The notes under the pieces are model-generated. The model was not told where the DNA came from, made no database searches, and worked only from the letters and a program-made list of their open reading frames with translations. A stretch of DNA of 64,000 bases, from assembly GCA_937902905.1 (NCBI GenBank), contig CALELW010000112.1:1909-65908 (forward strand). Direction: 5' to 3'. This stretch comes from an uncultured Clostridium sp. (GTDB taxonomy: Bacteria > Bacillota > Clostridia > Lachnospirales > Lachnospiraceae). The stretch's first letter is position 1; every line of letters begins with the position of its first letter. A program made the translations under genes and the position numbers. Positions 38,001-47,615 of this stretch are shown here, piece after piece.

Positions 38001-39436
38001 TCTCCCATAGTTCCAAATGCTGTGGACGCCATCGTCAACGCTTTCTGTTCATTTTTACAGCCATTGATATCTTTTACAATTGAATCAATGACGTCTTTCA
38101 TTGTCCCTTTGCCATCTTTCCATGCTTTGAAAGATTTTTTTGTATCCTTGCTGAATATACCGATATTTTTTTCAATGCTTCCGTCTCCGAGCCTGTTCTT
38201 GACCTCGTTGATAGAATCATTTACTTTATCAAGGTTATAGGCACCGTTTTTCGTGCCGTTTGCAAGCAACTGGAAGTATTCTTCGGCAGTATACCCGGCT
38301 TGTTCGAAGTTGCCGCCATACTCTGCCACGTTATCTCCTAATTCGTTCGTATAATCTAATCCCTTCTGTGAACCCTTTACAAACAAATCAAACGCCTCTG
38401 TCGAATCTGCGCCGAAGTGCGTCATTAATCCGTTGACGCCTCGGATGGTCTCCTGAAAGTCCGAACCAAAGGTATCCTCTAAGGCTATCGCGTTCTCTGT
38501 CAGTTCTTTGACCTTCGACGGGTCCGTCTCTTTTGTGACCTGTTTGACATATGCCATTTTGTCGCCGATGTCTTTTAATGATTCACCATAGCCCGCTTTA
38601 TACACTTCCTGCATTTTTTCCGAGAATTTTTCCGTTGTCTTCTCGTTTGCTCCCGTAATTGCTTGGAATGAGCTGGAGGCTTCCTGTGTCTCTACTGTTA
38701 CCTTTTCCAAGGTGTCTTTTACTTCTGTAGCCATTTTCTTAATACCATCAGATATTAAATTCCCAATTGCTATACGGACAGAGTCAAGTCCCTCCTTGCT
38801 TTTTTCCGCTGCTGATTTTGTCTTTTTCAGACTTTTATCCATTTTATCCGTGCTTGTATCTAGTTTGGCCGCTGCCTCTTTGTTCACTTTAAGTTCTTCC
38901 GAAAGTTTCTTTATGTCCTTTTTAAGCGTGGTAGCTTCTTTTGAGCCTTTCCCAAATGTCAGTGTCGCATCCTTATATCCATCTTTCAGGCGGTCAAGTT
39001 CTTTTTCCTGATTTGAAATCTCCTCTTCTAAAGAAGCGAACGCTCCTTTGCTTTTTTGTTCTTCTTGTGTTGTCTCGTTTAATTTTTCTGTATATTTTTT
39101 TAAAGAGGCTGACGCTCTTCCGACTGCTGCCTCTTGATTTTTCATTTTGATATAAAGTTCCTCTGCGGCTTTTGAATCTTTTCCCTGCGTTTCCGCAATC
39201 TGCTTGTACTGTTCTTCCAATGCCGACAGTTTAATCTTTTCCTGTTCCACGATTCCGGTCATCTGCTCAACTTTTTTCGCGAGCCCGTCCGTGGAATCGC
39301 TCCAGCTGTCCATCCCTGCCGTTGCACTCTTAAACTCCGCATTGAGTGACCGGATGCGGCGGTTTGCTTCGGTGACATTCTTTTTTAACTCGGATATATC
39401 AATTCCAATTTTCGTTGTTACGTTTTCCTCTGCCAT
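35003..39436 (-). CDS. Tail tape measure protein
   Basis: 1477 aa coiled-coil, central hydrophobic stretch, IHSPS motifs. Confidence 0.92.
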   Translation of the reverse strand: MAEENVTTKIGIDISELKKNVTEANRRIRSLNAEFKSATAGMDSWSDSTDGLAKKVEQMTGIVEQEKIKLSALEEQYKQIAETQGKDSKAAEELYIKMKNQEAAVGRASASLKKYTEKLNETTQEEQKSKGAFASLEEEISNQEKELDRLKDGYKDATLTFGKGSKEATTLKKDIKKLSEELKVNKEAAAKLDTSTDKMDKSLKKTKSAAEKSKEGLDSVRIAIGNLISDGIKKMATEVKDTLEKVTVETQEASSSFQAITGANEKTTEKFSEKMQEVYKAGYGESLKDIGDKMAYVKQVTKETDPSKVKELTENAIALEDTFGSDFQETIRGVNGLMTHFGADSTEAFDLFVKGSQKGLDYTNELGDNVAEYGGNFEQAGYTAEEYFQLLANGTKNGAYNLDKVNDSINEVKNRLGDGSIEKNIGIFSKDTKKSFKAWKDGKGTMKDVIDSIVKDINGCKNEQKALTMASTAFGTMGEDANLKVVKSLKSTGKTFKKVQGSAEKLKEVKYDDVASKYKEIGRTLQLELFEPLAKKLLPKVEEFANYAIEHTDELKKKIVILGGALGIAFAFVKLMKFIEVLKTAYATFVTLKTAIASTAAAQKILNLIQAASPMGLLAAGIGAVVGGLALYAAATKGATKATDKESESIDKMIEKHDKTKKSVDEMTKEWKDLKEARDKSVSDTTAQFDYYKKLKDELDDMVDKNGKVKKSQKDRAKFIVTTLNDALGTELKMTGRVIKNYEKEKKSIDKLIETKKAQLILDTYKDSYTKAVTNKSKAATNKGDAEANLKETQKKLETAKKELKAAQDVKKLERYIKEAGGGRAGQISGSRRYNQELEAARENEKKLREQEKKNKKTFENAEKQYSQYCTTITNWEALSVAAASGNNKKIKKELTKMVNNFITAENGTEKSLKNQVENTKKQYENLNKQFKEGKAGITKEDVNNAKYLMQASDKALKKFEKKAKKSGQKTTKEYKEGLELGKNKAGKSAEDISKLVEKKMKGIKSKEAGENFVKGLKTGMEEGKQSSGLIGKVGKLADSMLSKLKEKLEIHSPSKKTEEIGKYFTIGTAKGIEKAYDTVGRAITALAKKSLSQLKKANKTGKYEDIGTKVSEAYANGITKQEQKAEKAVKKLVDRAVKKAQKETKNKKSKESFKKLGENLAESFSTAFSKAAEKAAEKVQKKIESMTSSVQEKYDAVKELQDDLQSRLSSGDLFTKDDDGKITLADFKSETAKIIQYGKNMEALKKTLSSELMTEIAALDTSDGLDLTTKLLSLNKQELAAYNKAYTDKINASKKVANTYYAERVKQIKDNYTKQVKTVMAGLEKQLESIGENAMKGFVKGFNSKSAELNKSAKQLKKTLVSSIKKELGIHSPSKVMDREAGVFIIPGLTKGIERKLPALRQMMQRVRENVVNPMKNAAATANLDVAARGARSIEKAAAATTNTYNFYQTNNSPKALSRWDIYRQSRNLLGGVSNV

Positions 39437-39486
39437 ACTATCTATCTTCCTTTCAAAAAAAGCCGCCGAGCATCGCCCGGCAGCCT

Positions 39487-39710
39487 CTAAAACCAGCTCG
39501 TCGCTTTCCGGCGATATACTTTTTGCTTTGGCTTTCCATCCTCTGTATAATTTCTCACGTTGTACTGGTGCAACCGGCGCATGAGGAGAAATACTTCTTT
39601 CCCCGTGTAAGCCCTTAGCCGGATTGGGTCAAGTGCCCCAAACACCCGGCAAAGGCTTACGTCCATCTCAAACATGGATTCGTAGATTGTTACGTCGTCG
39701 CACCGCTCTA
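39487..39710 (-). CDS. Tail assembly chaperone T-domain (made via -1 frameshift)
   Basis: The -1 frame is open from the slippery site into MFEMDVSL... Confidence 0.7.
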
Positions 39711-40043
39711 GTTTCCCTCTGTGTCTGCTCCAATGTTCAACATTTCGTCTGCTGTGTAAAGCGTCACATCAATGATGAGGCTGATAACCTCTTCGAGCCT
39801 TGTGCGCCGCAGTTCCTCCCGTGTCAAACCGTCGAACATCGTCAATAACAAATCGTTAATTACCGGCATCGCCTGGACAACTGTCTTGCCGATGGCAATT
39901 GCATTGTTCTTTTCAGTAATATCGCAGTTTACCACGGCGGCAATATCTTCAAGTGTGCCGTACATCACATGGATTTCTTCCGTTTCGTACGTCTTTTCGA
40001 TTTCTTTGGGAGAGTGATCTTTGTAGATGTTTAACTTAAACAT
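39708..40043 (-). CDS. Tail assembly chaperone (gpG-like)
   Basis: Between major tail and TMP; ends G GGA AAC TAG. Confidence 0.8.
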   Translation of the reverse strand: MFKLNIYKDHSPKEIEKTYETEEIHVMYGTLEDIAAVVNCDITEKNNAIAIGKTVVQAMPVINDLLLTMFDGLTREELRRTRLEEVISLIIDVTLYTADEMLNIGADTEGN

Positions 40044-40054
40044 GTTCTACCTCC

Positions 40055-40708
40055 TTAACCTGCCGGGTTTTCCTCTGCGTTCTGGGTCTGTTCGCTGCTC
40101 GGTGTCGTTTTGATAATATCGTCAGGTGTCTGGACCTTCGAGAAGAACTGTTCCTCGGTCATGCCACAAGAGTCGGCTGGGACAATCGTAGCTTTTGCCG
40201 ATTTGTTGTCGTTTGCAACGAATTTCTTGTGTGTGTTGATGCCCGTGTAGGCAAGCTCCTGACCGTTTGCGTCTGTGCCGTTATCTTTCGACTTGTGTGA
40301 ATCGGACGGGTCGCCGAATCTACCCTTTAAGCGCCATACGTAGTGCTCTCTGCCGTCTGTGTCTTCCGTGATATATCCGATAGCCATGTACGGTGCTGTT
40401 GCCGTTCCTTCAATCAGCGCACCGGTTCCTTCGTCGAACTTTTGTCCGGTAATCGTTGCTCTGTTTTTCAGGGACACCGCAGACACATTCACATTGACCG
40501 TATCTGCTCCGGTCGCATCAATGACAATAGCCGCTTCGTTGTCATAGTAATGAGTGTCGCTCGATGATTCAGTTTCCTTCGACAACTCCGAAGTACCTGC
40601 GAGAGCGAATGGCGTGTCATATTTAAGTTCGTCATTCGTATCTTTTGTCAATATTGCTGCCACGAGACCTCTGATACCGCGATATTCTACGATTTTCTCT
40701 TCATTCAT
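40055..40708 (-). CDS. Major tail protein (phi13-like family)
   Basis: YYDN, APYMAIGY, YVWRLKGRF; position. Confidence 0.82.
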   Translation of the reverse strand: MNEEKIVEYRGIRGLVAAILTKDTNDELKYDTPFALAGTSELSKETESSSDTHYYDNEAAIVIDATGADTVNVNVSAVSLKNRATITGQKFDEGTGALIEGTATAPYMAIGYITEDTDGREHYVWRLKGRFGDPSDSHKSKDNGTDANGQELAYTGINTHKKFVANDNKSAKATIVPADSCGMTEEQFFSKVQTPDDIIKTTPSSEQTQNAEENPAG

Positions 40709-40719
40709 TTTTATTCCTC

Positions 40720-41064
40720 CTAATTTCTTTTTTTATAAATTACATGGATACCGCGCCCGGTATGTGTAGGCTCGTCGCTTGCGACTGAGTAGCCTGTTCC
40801 CGGCACGATAAAACCATTCTTAACAAGTTCCTGTTTGACCGTCACCGGCATTTTATATACCAGCGTAGCGTCCGTACTGTAAAAGTTGACATCATAGTCG
40901 TAAAGTTCACAATGCGCTTTATTATCATAAAAGCTGGAGTCATCTCCCGGATTCTGCCAGTATGTAAAAAAATGTTCCGGATACTCTTCCCCTTGTGCAA
41001 GGGAACCCTGCAATATCACCGGATAATCATATTGTGATAATATTTCAATCAGTTTATCTTCCAT
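40720..41064 (-). CDS. Tail terminator/completion protein
   Basis: Position; YDN...YDVNFYS. Confidence 0.65.
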   Translation of the reverse strand: MEDKLIEILSQYDYPVILQGSLAQGEEYPEHFFTYWQNPGDDSSFYDNKAHCELYDYDVNFYSTDATLVYKMPVTVKQELVKNGFIVPGTGYSVASDEPTHTGRGIHVIYKKRN

Positions 41065-41066
41065 TT

Positions 41067-41483
41067 TCAGCCTCCTAGCAGTTTTTTAATTCCTTTTTGA
41101 AACGTCTCCTCTTGTGCTTTTTTGATTCGTTCCTGTGCTTTCTTTCCGTACACATCAGCGTACAACTTTGTGTCCTTTTTCATCCTCGGTGTGCCGTACA
41201 TCAAAAAGATAGATGGTAATCCACCTTGTTTGATATCAAACCCGACCGGGATATTGGCTTTGGTGCCATCCCATTTCACATCGGCTTTTGTGACAATGGA
41301 TTCCTGCGTGCTTCCGGTTCGGTGGTGTCTTGTCATGTCCTGCACGATAGGCGGCGTCACCGCTTCGTGTGCCGCTTTCAGACAACTCTCTGCAAGCTGT
41401 TCAACCTTTCCTCCTGCTTTCTCCCATTTTTCCGCTAAGTCTTCCAACCGGGAGAAGTCAATCATGCCTTTTTTTGCCATCAC
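41067..41483 (-). CDS. HK97 gp10-like neck protein
   Basis: RTG....SI, FLMYGT. Confidence 0.7.
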   Translation of the reverse strand: MMAKKGMIDFSRLEDLAEKWEKAGGKVEQLAESCLKAAHEAVTPPIVQDMTRHHRTGSTQESIVTKADVKWDGTKANIPVGFDIKQGGLPSIFLMYGTPRMKKDTKLYADVYGKKAQERIKKAQEETFQKGIKKLLGG

Positions 41484-41818
41484 GCGCCCCCCTTAACGGC
41501 TCTGACCTTTGCCACAAGGTACTGGTTTCGCATTCCGATGTTTTCCGGAGTACCTAATACCTCATATGTTGTCCCGTCAATCTCAAAACGGCTCGCCGGA
41601 GTAATGTCCGGTCTGAACCACGTCTCAAGCGTTGCGGTGTTTTCAACAACAATCTGCCCGTTTGATGTCTTTTCTGTACCTCCAAAGGTGCGGAAAGACA
41701 CATAGACGCGTTCGCCTTCGCCGTACTGCTTTTGTTTCACGCCTTTTACCAAAGTTTCGCCGATTGGATTCAAAAGCTCCGCCGGTACAACGTATGGTAA
41801 ATTCGGTTGCCATGCCAT
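41480..41818 (-). CDS. Head closure (head-tail adaptor) protein
   Basis: Position; TWFRPDIT...YEVLG.PENI. Confidence 0.7.
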   Translation of the reverse strand: MAWQPNLPYVVPAELLNPIGETLVKGVKQKQYGEGERVYVSFRTFGGTEKTSNGQIVVENTATLETWFRPDITPASRFEIDGTTYEVLGTPENIGMRNQYLVAKVRAVKGGA

Positions 41819-41829
41819 ACTGTCACCTC

Positions 41830-42084
41830 CTAGTAACTCAACTGGATTACTCTTTCTTTGAAGTAGGCCGACAGTTCGCCGTTATACAAAAGGTCGTTGA
41901 CACCTCTCGAAAGAACACCCATCACGGCAGACGACGAAAGACGTTCTTTCGGGACTCCGGCATCCGTCAGATATTGTTTGATTTCTCTCAGATACCCAAG
42001 CAATCTCGCGTCCTGATAGTTGCCGGTAATTCCGAGTGCGTCTTTAACTTCTTTAAGCTGTTCGTCTTCCGTCATTTCTGCCAT
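41830..42084 (-). CDS. Head-tail connector (gp6-like)
   Basis: LKEVKDALGI...YLTDAGV. Confidence 0.75.
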   Translation of the reverse strand: MAEMTEDEQLKEVKDALGITGNYQDARLLGYLREIKQYLTDAGVPKERLSSSAVMGVLSRGVNDLLYNGELSAYFKERVIQLSY

Positions 42085-42103
42085 AATGGTCTCCTTTCAT
42101 CAA

Positions 42104-43453
42104 TCAGCCTGTCGGTTCTTCGCTTTTATCGGATGTAGTGCTGCTTGCTTTGCTCTTTCCTTTTTTGATAAGGATAAAGCCATTCGCGTCTGCAATCTTT
42201 CCGTCTACAATCAGAATAACCTTGTTCTTGACTTCGTTTGTGTCGTGGTCAATCCACTTCACTACTTGCATCTCAAGATTCGAGTTCACGACGTAGTCTT
42301 TGAGGTCGCCGTAGATGGCGAACACATCACCGACAGCTGCGTCCTCGTAGTAAGGGAGCAATTCCTCTTCAACAGTCTCCACGTCTTTACCCATGAAGCG
42401 GTAGGTTTCCTCACCATTAACACCGTAGTTGGTGCGTCCAACCGGCTGACCGTTTTTATCCTCCATACCGTCGATTTTCTCGTCAAAAGTTGACTGTGCC
42501 ATGATGAAGCATCCTTTGCGATAGCTCTTTTTGATTTTGGCTTTCATTCTATGCCAGCCGTTCCACGTCATATCTTCCGGTGCCATGGTAACAACAGTTT
42601 TTACACGTGTATCCGTCAGGATTCCAAGCGGCTGTGTTGTGCCATCACCTTTGATGATTGCCTTCTCAAGAGCTTTCATGATTGCTTCTGTAGCAAGCGG
42701 CACAAAGAGCTTCTGAAACTCTTCGATTGTCACTACAGACGCCAACAAGGTCTGTGCAATCTTGCACTCGACACCGTAATAGCTGAATGTAACCTTTTCG
42801 TCTGCGCTCAACTTCTGGCTGTCTGATGCCTTTTCGCCGACCCATGCCGCCTCCGGCTTAATTGAGAGGATTGGGATGGCTACGCCGCCCTGAATATTGG
42901 TTTTTGTAACTTTTGCGTAAATGTTTCCATAGCTTTCCAGCTTCTGGATAATCTCACGTACCAAAGTGGTTGGAATTACCGCCCCGACATCTGCCGTTCC
43001 TGTGACTGCTGCCTCTCTTTTAATCGGCACGCGTAACTCCGTAGGAATCGGTGTACTACGACACACATACTCAAGAAACGCTTTTTTGTATTCGCTTCTT
43101 TCTGTTGGGTCGTCCGTTTCTGACTGTGCTTCCGGACGTTTTGAGCGGAACGCTCCAACGATACCCGCGTTTCTCATCTCTCCGGTCTGAATATTGCTTC
43201 TCTGACCGTCGTCATTCTGTGCTGTTCCCTTTGGGCTTCCTTCTCCTTCGTCTTTGTTGTTCCCTTCGCCTTCGGATTCCAAGTCCTTGATTTCCTCAGC
43301 GATGTCTTTTAAGTCATCCGCCGTTTCTGTAAGACGTTCATAAATGCTTCGCACTTCGGCTACGTCTTTTGATTCCTCGGCACGTTTCATTAAGTCTTCT
43401 TTGCGCTCCAGTAATTTCTTCTGACGCGCTTTCAGTTTTTCAAGTCTGCTCAT
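42104..43453 (-). CDS. Major capsid protein (HK97 fold, delta domain)
   Basis: Coiled-coil N-terminus; GAVIP, AAWVGE, GDG..QPLGIL, YGDLKDY. Confidence 0.92.
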   Translation of the reverse strand: MSRLEKLKARQKKLLERKEDLMKRAEESKDVAEVRSIYERLTETADDLKDIAEEIKDLESEGEGNNKDEGEGSPKGTAQNDDGQRSNIQTGEMRNAGIVGAFRSKRPEAQSETDDPTERSEYKKAFLEYVCRSTPIPTELRVPIKREAAVTGTADVGAVIPTTLVREIIQKLESYGNIYAKVTKTNIQGGVAIPILSIKPEAAWVGEKASDSQKLSADEKVTFSYYGVECKIAQTLLASVVTIEEFQKLFVPLATEAIMKALEKAIIKGDGTTQPLGILTDTRVKTVVTMAPEDMTWNGWHRMKAKIKKSYRKGCFIMAQSTFDEKIDGMEDKNGQPVGRTNYGVNGEETYRFMGKDVETVEEELLPYYEDAAVGDVFAIYGDLKDYVVNSNLEMQVVKWIDHDTNEVKNKVILIVDGKIADANGFILIKKGKSKASSTTSDKSEEPTG

Positions 43454-43455
43454 TT

Positions 43456-44088
43456 TTAAAATGCTCCTTTCAGTTTTACTTTTTCTTTCCACAGTTCCAA
43501 CTCGTCACTCTCCAGTGATTTTCCCCGGACACTCTCCAGTGCCCTCTGCGCACTTTCCAGTGCTTTTTTATCTCTAGCCATGATAGAAGTATCTTCGTAG
43601 GCGGGAAATGTTACCGCCGATACCTCCACAATGGTGGATATCTTTTCAATAAAGCGCTTTGGGTAATCTGTATCAAGGTCTTCCCAACGCTCTTCCTCAA
43701 TCCAAAACATAAAACTCATGCCCGTAATGTCACCGCGTTCGATGGCGCTATAAAGTGCTCTTGCGTCGGCATTGTTTTCTGTGTCGAGGTAGGCTCGAAT
43801 CTTAAGCCCCTCCTTGTCGACCGTAAGCTGCAGCGTCGAATTTTTGTTGTTGTTTCGACTTCTTGCCAACGGGATTCTGTTTAAATCATGATTTGTTAGA
43901 AAACAAACATCGTGTAAGTCTGTTTTGTCCAGTGCCCCCGGTACAATTTCCTCGCGGAAGATGCCGCCGATATCTGCCTCTTTGCCATACACAACCGGAC
44001 GTCCTTCTATGTAGTTTCCTCGTTCGTCCTGCTCTGCCCGAACATCAAACATAAACGCCCGGCGTTCTGCCTTGTCACTCTTGCTCAT
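43456..44088 (-). CDS. HK97-family prohead protease
   Basis: NHD, GMSFMF, EVSAVTFPAY. Confidence 0.92.
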   Translation of the reverse strand: MSKSDKAERRAFMFDVRAEQDERGNYIEGRPVVYGKEADIGGIFREEIVPGALDKTDLHDVCFLTNHDLNRIPLARSRNNNKNSTLQLTVDKEGLKIRAYLDTENNADARALYSAIERGDITGMSFMFWIEEERWEDLDTDYPKRFIEKISTIVEVSAVTFPAYEDTSIMARDKKALESAQRALESVRGKSLESDELELWKEKVKLKGAF

Positions 44089-45316
44089 TTTTTGCCCCTC
44101 CTTTTGCTTTTGCAAGCTGATAATCAATTGCTATATCTGTGTCTATATAATTTAATGACTGTTTTCGTTTACCTTCTAACTCTTTCATTGGCTTAAGCCC
44201 AAACGCTACCCTTTTCTCGTTTTCGTAGAGCGTTCCGGTGTCTCCTAAATATTTCACCATTTCGACCTTTTGCTCTATGCTCATAAAAATGAGCTCATGC
44301 GTGAAAAATGCTATCTTTAAATTTCTCGCTCTCATGTTTTGTGTACAGAGTGCTTTTGTAAACGCCTCCTGATATCTGCCTACCAACTTCTCAATCGTCT
44401 TCTGGTAAAAAGCCTCATACTGTCCTTTGGTATAATCACCTGTCAGTATCGAAAGCGGAACGCCGAACGTTCTCAAGATTTTCTCGTCTATAAAGCGAAT
44501 GGTGTCAGGGTCCACCAGTTTAATGTCACGAGTGATTTTTGCGTAATCGCTTTTTGCATCCAAGTGTAAAATGCCGTTTTCCGCATTGTTTAGCTTTCTT
44601 TCAAATTCTTTGATACTCTTTTCAGCTTTTTCTTCACTCATGAATGTTTGTGTTTTTACAACACCGTTTATTGCAAAACTACTTTTCACCGCTCCCGATA
44701 TCCCCTGCATGATATCCTCGTTTAGCTGCAGCGTCTTTAGAAGTGCTCGTCTGTCTGGATTTCCCGATGCATCACCGCCCATGTAGTCGTTTGCAAAGTA
44801 GTTGATTCGGATGTGTATCACATCGCTGTATGCAAGTTGTGTTTTGTATCCGTTTTCAAATTCGAACTCCACAATCAAATCACCAGTCGGTGTTTCAAGA
44901 AAGGTTGTCATCAGAGGATCAACCGGATAAATTGCACTATATCTTTTGTAACTGCTGCCGTCTGACCGCTTAACTATTTCATACACCGGAACCGCGAAAG
45001 CGTTTTGCCGTAAGTACAAGCCATAGGTAAGTTTTTCGATAAACTCCGATTTTGTCATAATCGGATTCGGATTATCTAAAAGGTTTTGGATTTGATAAAC
45101 GTCGTTCTCCGGCGTCTGATAATCATTCCCAACGCCACGAATGAAACACGGTTCTAACTTCGACATCTCATTCGCAATACACTCTATCGCCTGCTGCACT
45201 ACATCCGACACGTAGATGTCTCTCCCGAACTGGCTGAATATCGGAACCTGCCCGGTCATCACATCCGCATATTTTGTGTTTTTAACTTTCGAGATTATCT
45301 TCCCCAGCCATCCCAT
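44075..45316 (-). CDS. Portal protein
   Basis: PNPIMT..EF, DVIHIR, FGVP; follows terL. Confidence 0.9.
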   Translation of the reverse strand: MGWLGKIISKVKNTKYADVMTGQVPIFSQFGRDIYVSDVVQQAIECIANEMSKLEPCFIRGVGNDYQTPENDVYQIQNLLDNPNPIMTKSEFIEKLTYGLYLRQNAFAVPVYEIVKRSDGSSYKRYSAIYPVDPLMTTFLETPTGDLIVEFEFENGYKTQLAYSDVIHIRINYFANDYMGGDASGNPDRRALLKTLQLNEDIMQGISGAVKSSFAINGVVKTQTFMSEEKAEKSIKEFERKLNNAENGILHLDAKSDYAKITRDIKLVDPDTIRFIDEKILRTFGVPLSILTGDYTKGQYEAFYQKTIEKLVGRYQEAFTKALCTQNMRARNLKIAFFTHELIFMSIEQKVEMVKYLGDTGTLYENEKRVAFGLKPMKELEGKRKQSLNYIDTDIAIDYQLAKAKGGAKNEQE

Positions 45317-47045
45317 CAGATTGCCTCCATTCTTTGACCATTCTTTTTAAGTCAGCGCGGTATCGCCTATATGTTTCGTATAAAATCACTGTTGTAACCG
45401 CTCCGTCTATTTTCTTATTTCTTGCCGTTTTCACGACTAAACATTTTCCTTTATTGTCAACCGAAAGTCCGGCATTTCCAAAGCACCACCGGTCTACCGG
45501 GTTATTGTTATAGTTTATATTTCTTTTCTTTAAGTCCGTCTCTACAAATTTGTTGGCCGTATCGAGCGTCATAGCATTCTGTAAAATCAACTCCAACTCG
45601 CCGCCCTCTTTCGTCCAGCCGTATTCCGACATCTGTCGGAGAAAGTCCTTCGCAAACTTTTGGTCGTAACCACAGCACATCAGACGGATTCCGTAGTCTT
45701 TGTATAAACTCCAAAACCAGTCCGCCACCACTGTCAAATCAATGTCACTGCCTTCCGTTACGGTGATATATCCATCCCGCGCCCAGTCGGCGTATTTTGC
45801 GCCGGCGCAAGAATCGTCATCGTCCTCTATCTTTCTTTCCGGAACGAAGTACATGGTGTGTATGTATTTTTTTCCATCGTCCTTCGTCAAGAGAATTTTC
45901 GCACAACACAAATCCATTGTCTCGGCTAAGTCAACCGCTCCCAAACACGGAGCACCGCGAAATTCTTCCAATTCGTAAGTTGCATCGAAATTGTAATCTT
46001 CGAGATTGAGCCACATTTCTACCGAATTTTGCTTGATATTGAAATCCTTCGCTAATACAAAAATCCGGTCGCCCTTCGACTTTTTCGCAAGTTCTACCTG
46101 CTCCTCTAGGTAGGATACTTTCTTGATAACGCCCAGTGTCGGATTTGATTTCATCCACGACTTTGGATTTGCAAAAACTTCCTGCTCGCTGTCCTGTGTG
46201 TATAACCACGGCAGTAGTCTTTTTCCTGCTTTCGTATCATCTTCGCCATTTATCACCCCGCGTCCCTTTTCAAGCTCATCATCCAAGTAGCCTTCCTGCA
46301 CAAACCCCTCGGTTGTTATGTTTACAAACTTCGGATTATCTTTCAAAGACTGCGACTGCTCGATTGACTTGCCTATAACATTCGTTTTCATCTCGTGTGT
46401 CTCGTCGACTATTGCAAAGTCAATGTTGCGCCCCTCTTTGTTTTTGGTTCTGTCCGACAATTTGAATACTTTCGAGTTGGTGCTTTTGTTCAGGATGAAT
46501 CTTTGGTTTTTCTTTGAGTCAAGGTCGCGTGGGTCAATCAACTGGCGCATGGTATCAATCGCGTCATATGTAATCGATGCCTGGTTATCATCGTTCGAAG
46601 AACACACGATATCAGCGCCCTCATTCCCAACAAACAGCTCCGTCACCGCAATCGCCGAACACGTTTCGCTTTTGGTGTTCTTTCTGGCAATCAGCAATAA
46701 GATTTTTTTGAAGCGGTCAATCATCATCCCTCTTTCGAATGACTCTTCCGACATTTTGAACGAGTACACGGCTTCGATAAAAGCCTTTTGCCACAGCATC
46801 AACACCATCGGCTGACCGTAAAAAGGCGATTTCGTCAGTTTTACACAGTTTTCCATGAAGTCCATCCGAAGCAGTGCAGCGTCTGTGTTGTAAAAGTACT
46901 CATCGTTCGAGAAGTCTTCTTTTAGATTGGTTAGTTCCTGACGGAGTTCCCATCCGGCTATGATTTTCCCGCTCTCAATTTCTTCCCGATACTTTAACAA
47001 AAAAGAATTATCCGGTGTCCATATTTTCCTCTCCTTTATTAACAA
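45282..47045 (-). CDS. Terminase large subunit
   Basis: LMLWQKA, ARKNTKS, IVDETHE, NITT, GAVDLA, KIDG. Confidence 0.93.
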   Translation of the reverse strand: MLIKERKIWTPDNSFLLKYREEIESGKIIAGWELRQELTNLKEDFSNDEYFYNTDAALLRMDFMENCVKLTKSPFYGQPMVLMLWQKAFIEAVYSFKMSEESFERGMMIDRFKKILLLIARKNTKSETCSAIAVTELFVGNEGADIVCSSNDDNQASITYDAIDTMRQLIDPRDLDSKKNQRFILNKSTNSKVFKLSDRTKNKEGRNIDFAIVDETHEMKTNVIGKSIEQSQSLKDNPKFVNITTEGFVQEGYLDDELEKGRGVINGEDDTKAGKRLLPWLYTQDSEQEVFANPKSWMKSNPTLGVIKKVSYLEEQVELAKKSKGDRIFVLAKDFNIKQNSVEMWLNLEDYNFDATYELEEFRGAPCLGAVDLAETMDLCCAKILLTKDDGKKYIHTMYFVPERKIEDDDDSCAGAKYADWARDGYITVTEGSDIDLTVVADWFWSLYKDYGIRLMCCGYDQKFAKDFLRQMSEYGWTKEGGELELILQNAMTLDTANKFVETDLKKRNINYNNNPVDRWCFGNAGLSVDNKGKCLVVKTARNKKIDGAVTTVILYETYRRYRADLKRMVKEWRQSDGMAGEDNLES

Positions 47046-47340
47046 ATTTCTTGCCCCTTTCCGCTATCCATTTTCGCAGTGGTGACTCTTCATCGGTATT
47101 TGCATCATCCACGAAGTTCAGGAGCAGTTTCAGACAATTTGTGTACTGCTGGAGCATTTCCTTGTAGAGTTTTGCCGCCGGAAGTACTTTTTGTTTGCAG
47201 TTGTCAGTTGGGTGCACTTTGTAAAACGGGAGTTTTTTCAACTCCGTCAATTTTGACTCTAAAAAAAGTATTTCCTCAACAAGGTCGGCCGCTTCCGCTC
47301 TGTCCTTGCACAGTTTGGCAATCTCTTCTTTTCTCTCCAT
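47008..47340 (-). CDS. Terminase small subunit (P27-like, putative)
   Basis: Overlaps the terL start; LPAAKLY.EM..QY...LK.L. Confidence 0.6.
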   Translation of the reverse strand: MERKEEIAKLCKDRAEAADLVEEILFLESKLTELKKLPFYKVHPTDNCKQKVLPAAKLYKEMLQQYTNCLKLLLNFVDDANTDEESPLRKWIAERGKKFVNKGEENMDTG

Positions 47341-47344
47341 GCAA

Positions 47345-47602
47345 TTACTCCTTGGTATCGTCTTCCTCGACATCATCTGCGATTGTCGGCGAATCTCCCC
47401 AAATGGCAAATACCGCCTGCGTGACATCCTCCGGCTCGTTTTCCTGAATTTCCTTTCGTCCGGATAACGAATTCGCATACGCCCGGCGATGCGGGTCGCC
47501 AATCTGTACCATCTCGCCGTCAAGCGACACAAGCTGCGATGTCATGATACTGACACCGTCCGGCGTCAACATATCCACTGTCTTCTTTTCCTTGAGTTCC
47601 AT
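47345..47602 (-). CDS. Phage hypothetical protein
   Basis: GGAGG RBS; MELKEKKTVDMLT...WGDSPT. Confidence 0.65.
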   Translation of the reverse strand: MELKEKKTVDMLTPDGVSIMTSQLVSLDGEMVQIGDPHRRAYANSLSGRKEIQENEPEDVTQAVFAIWGDSPTIADDVEEDDTKE

Positions 47603-47615
47603 TTTGTCCTCCTTC

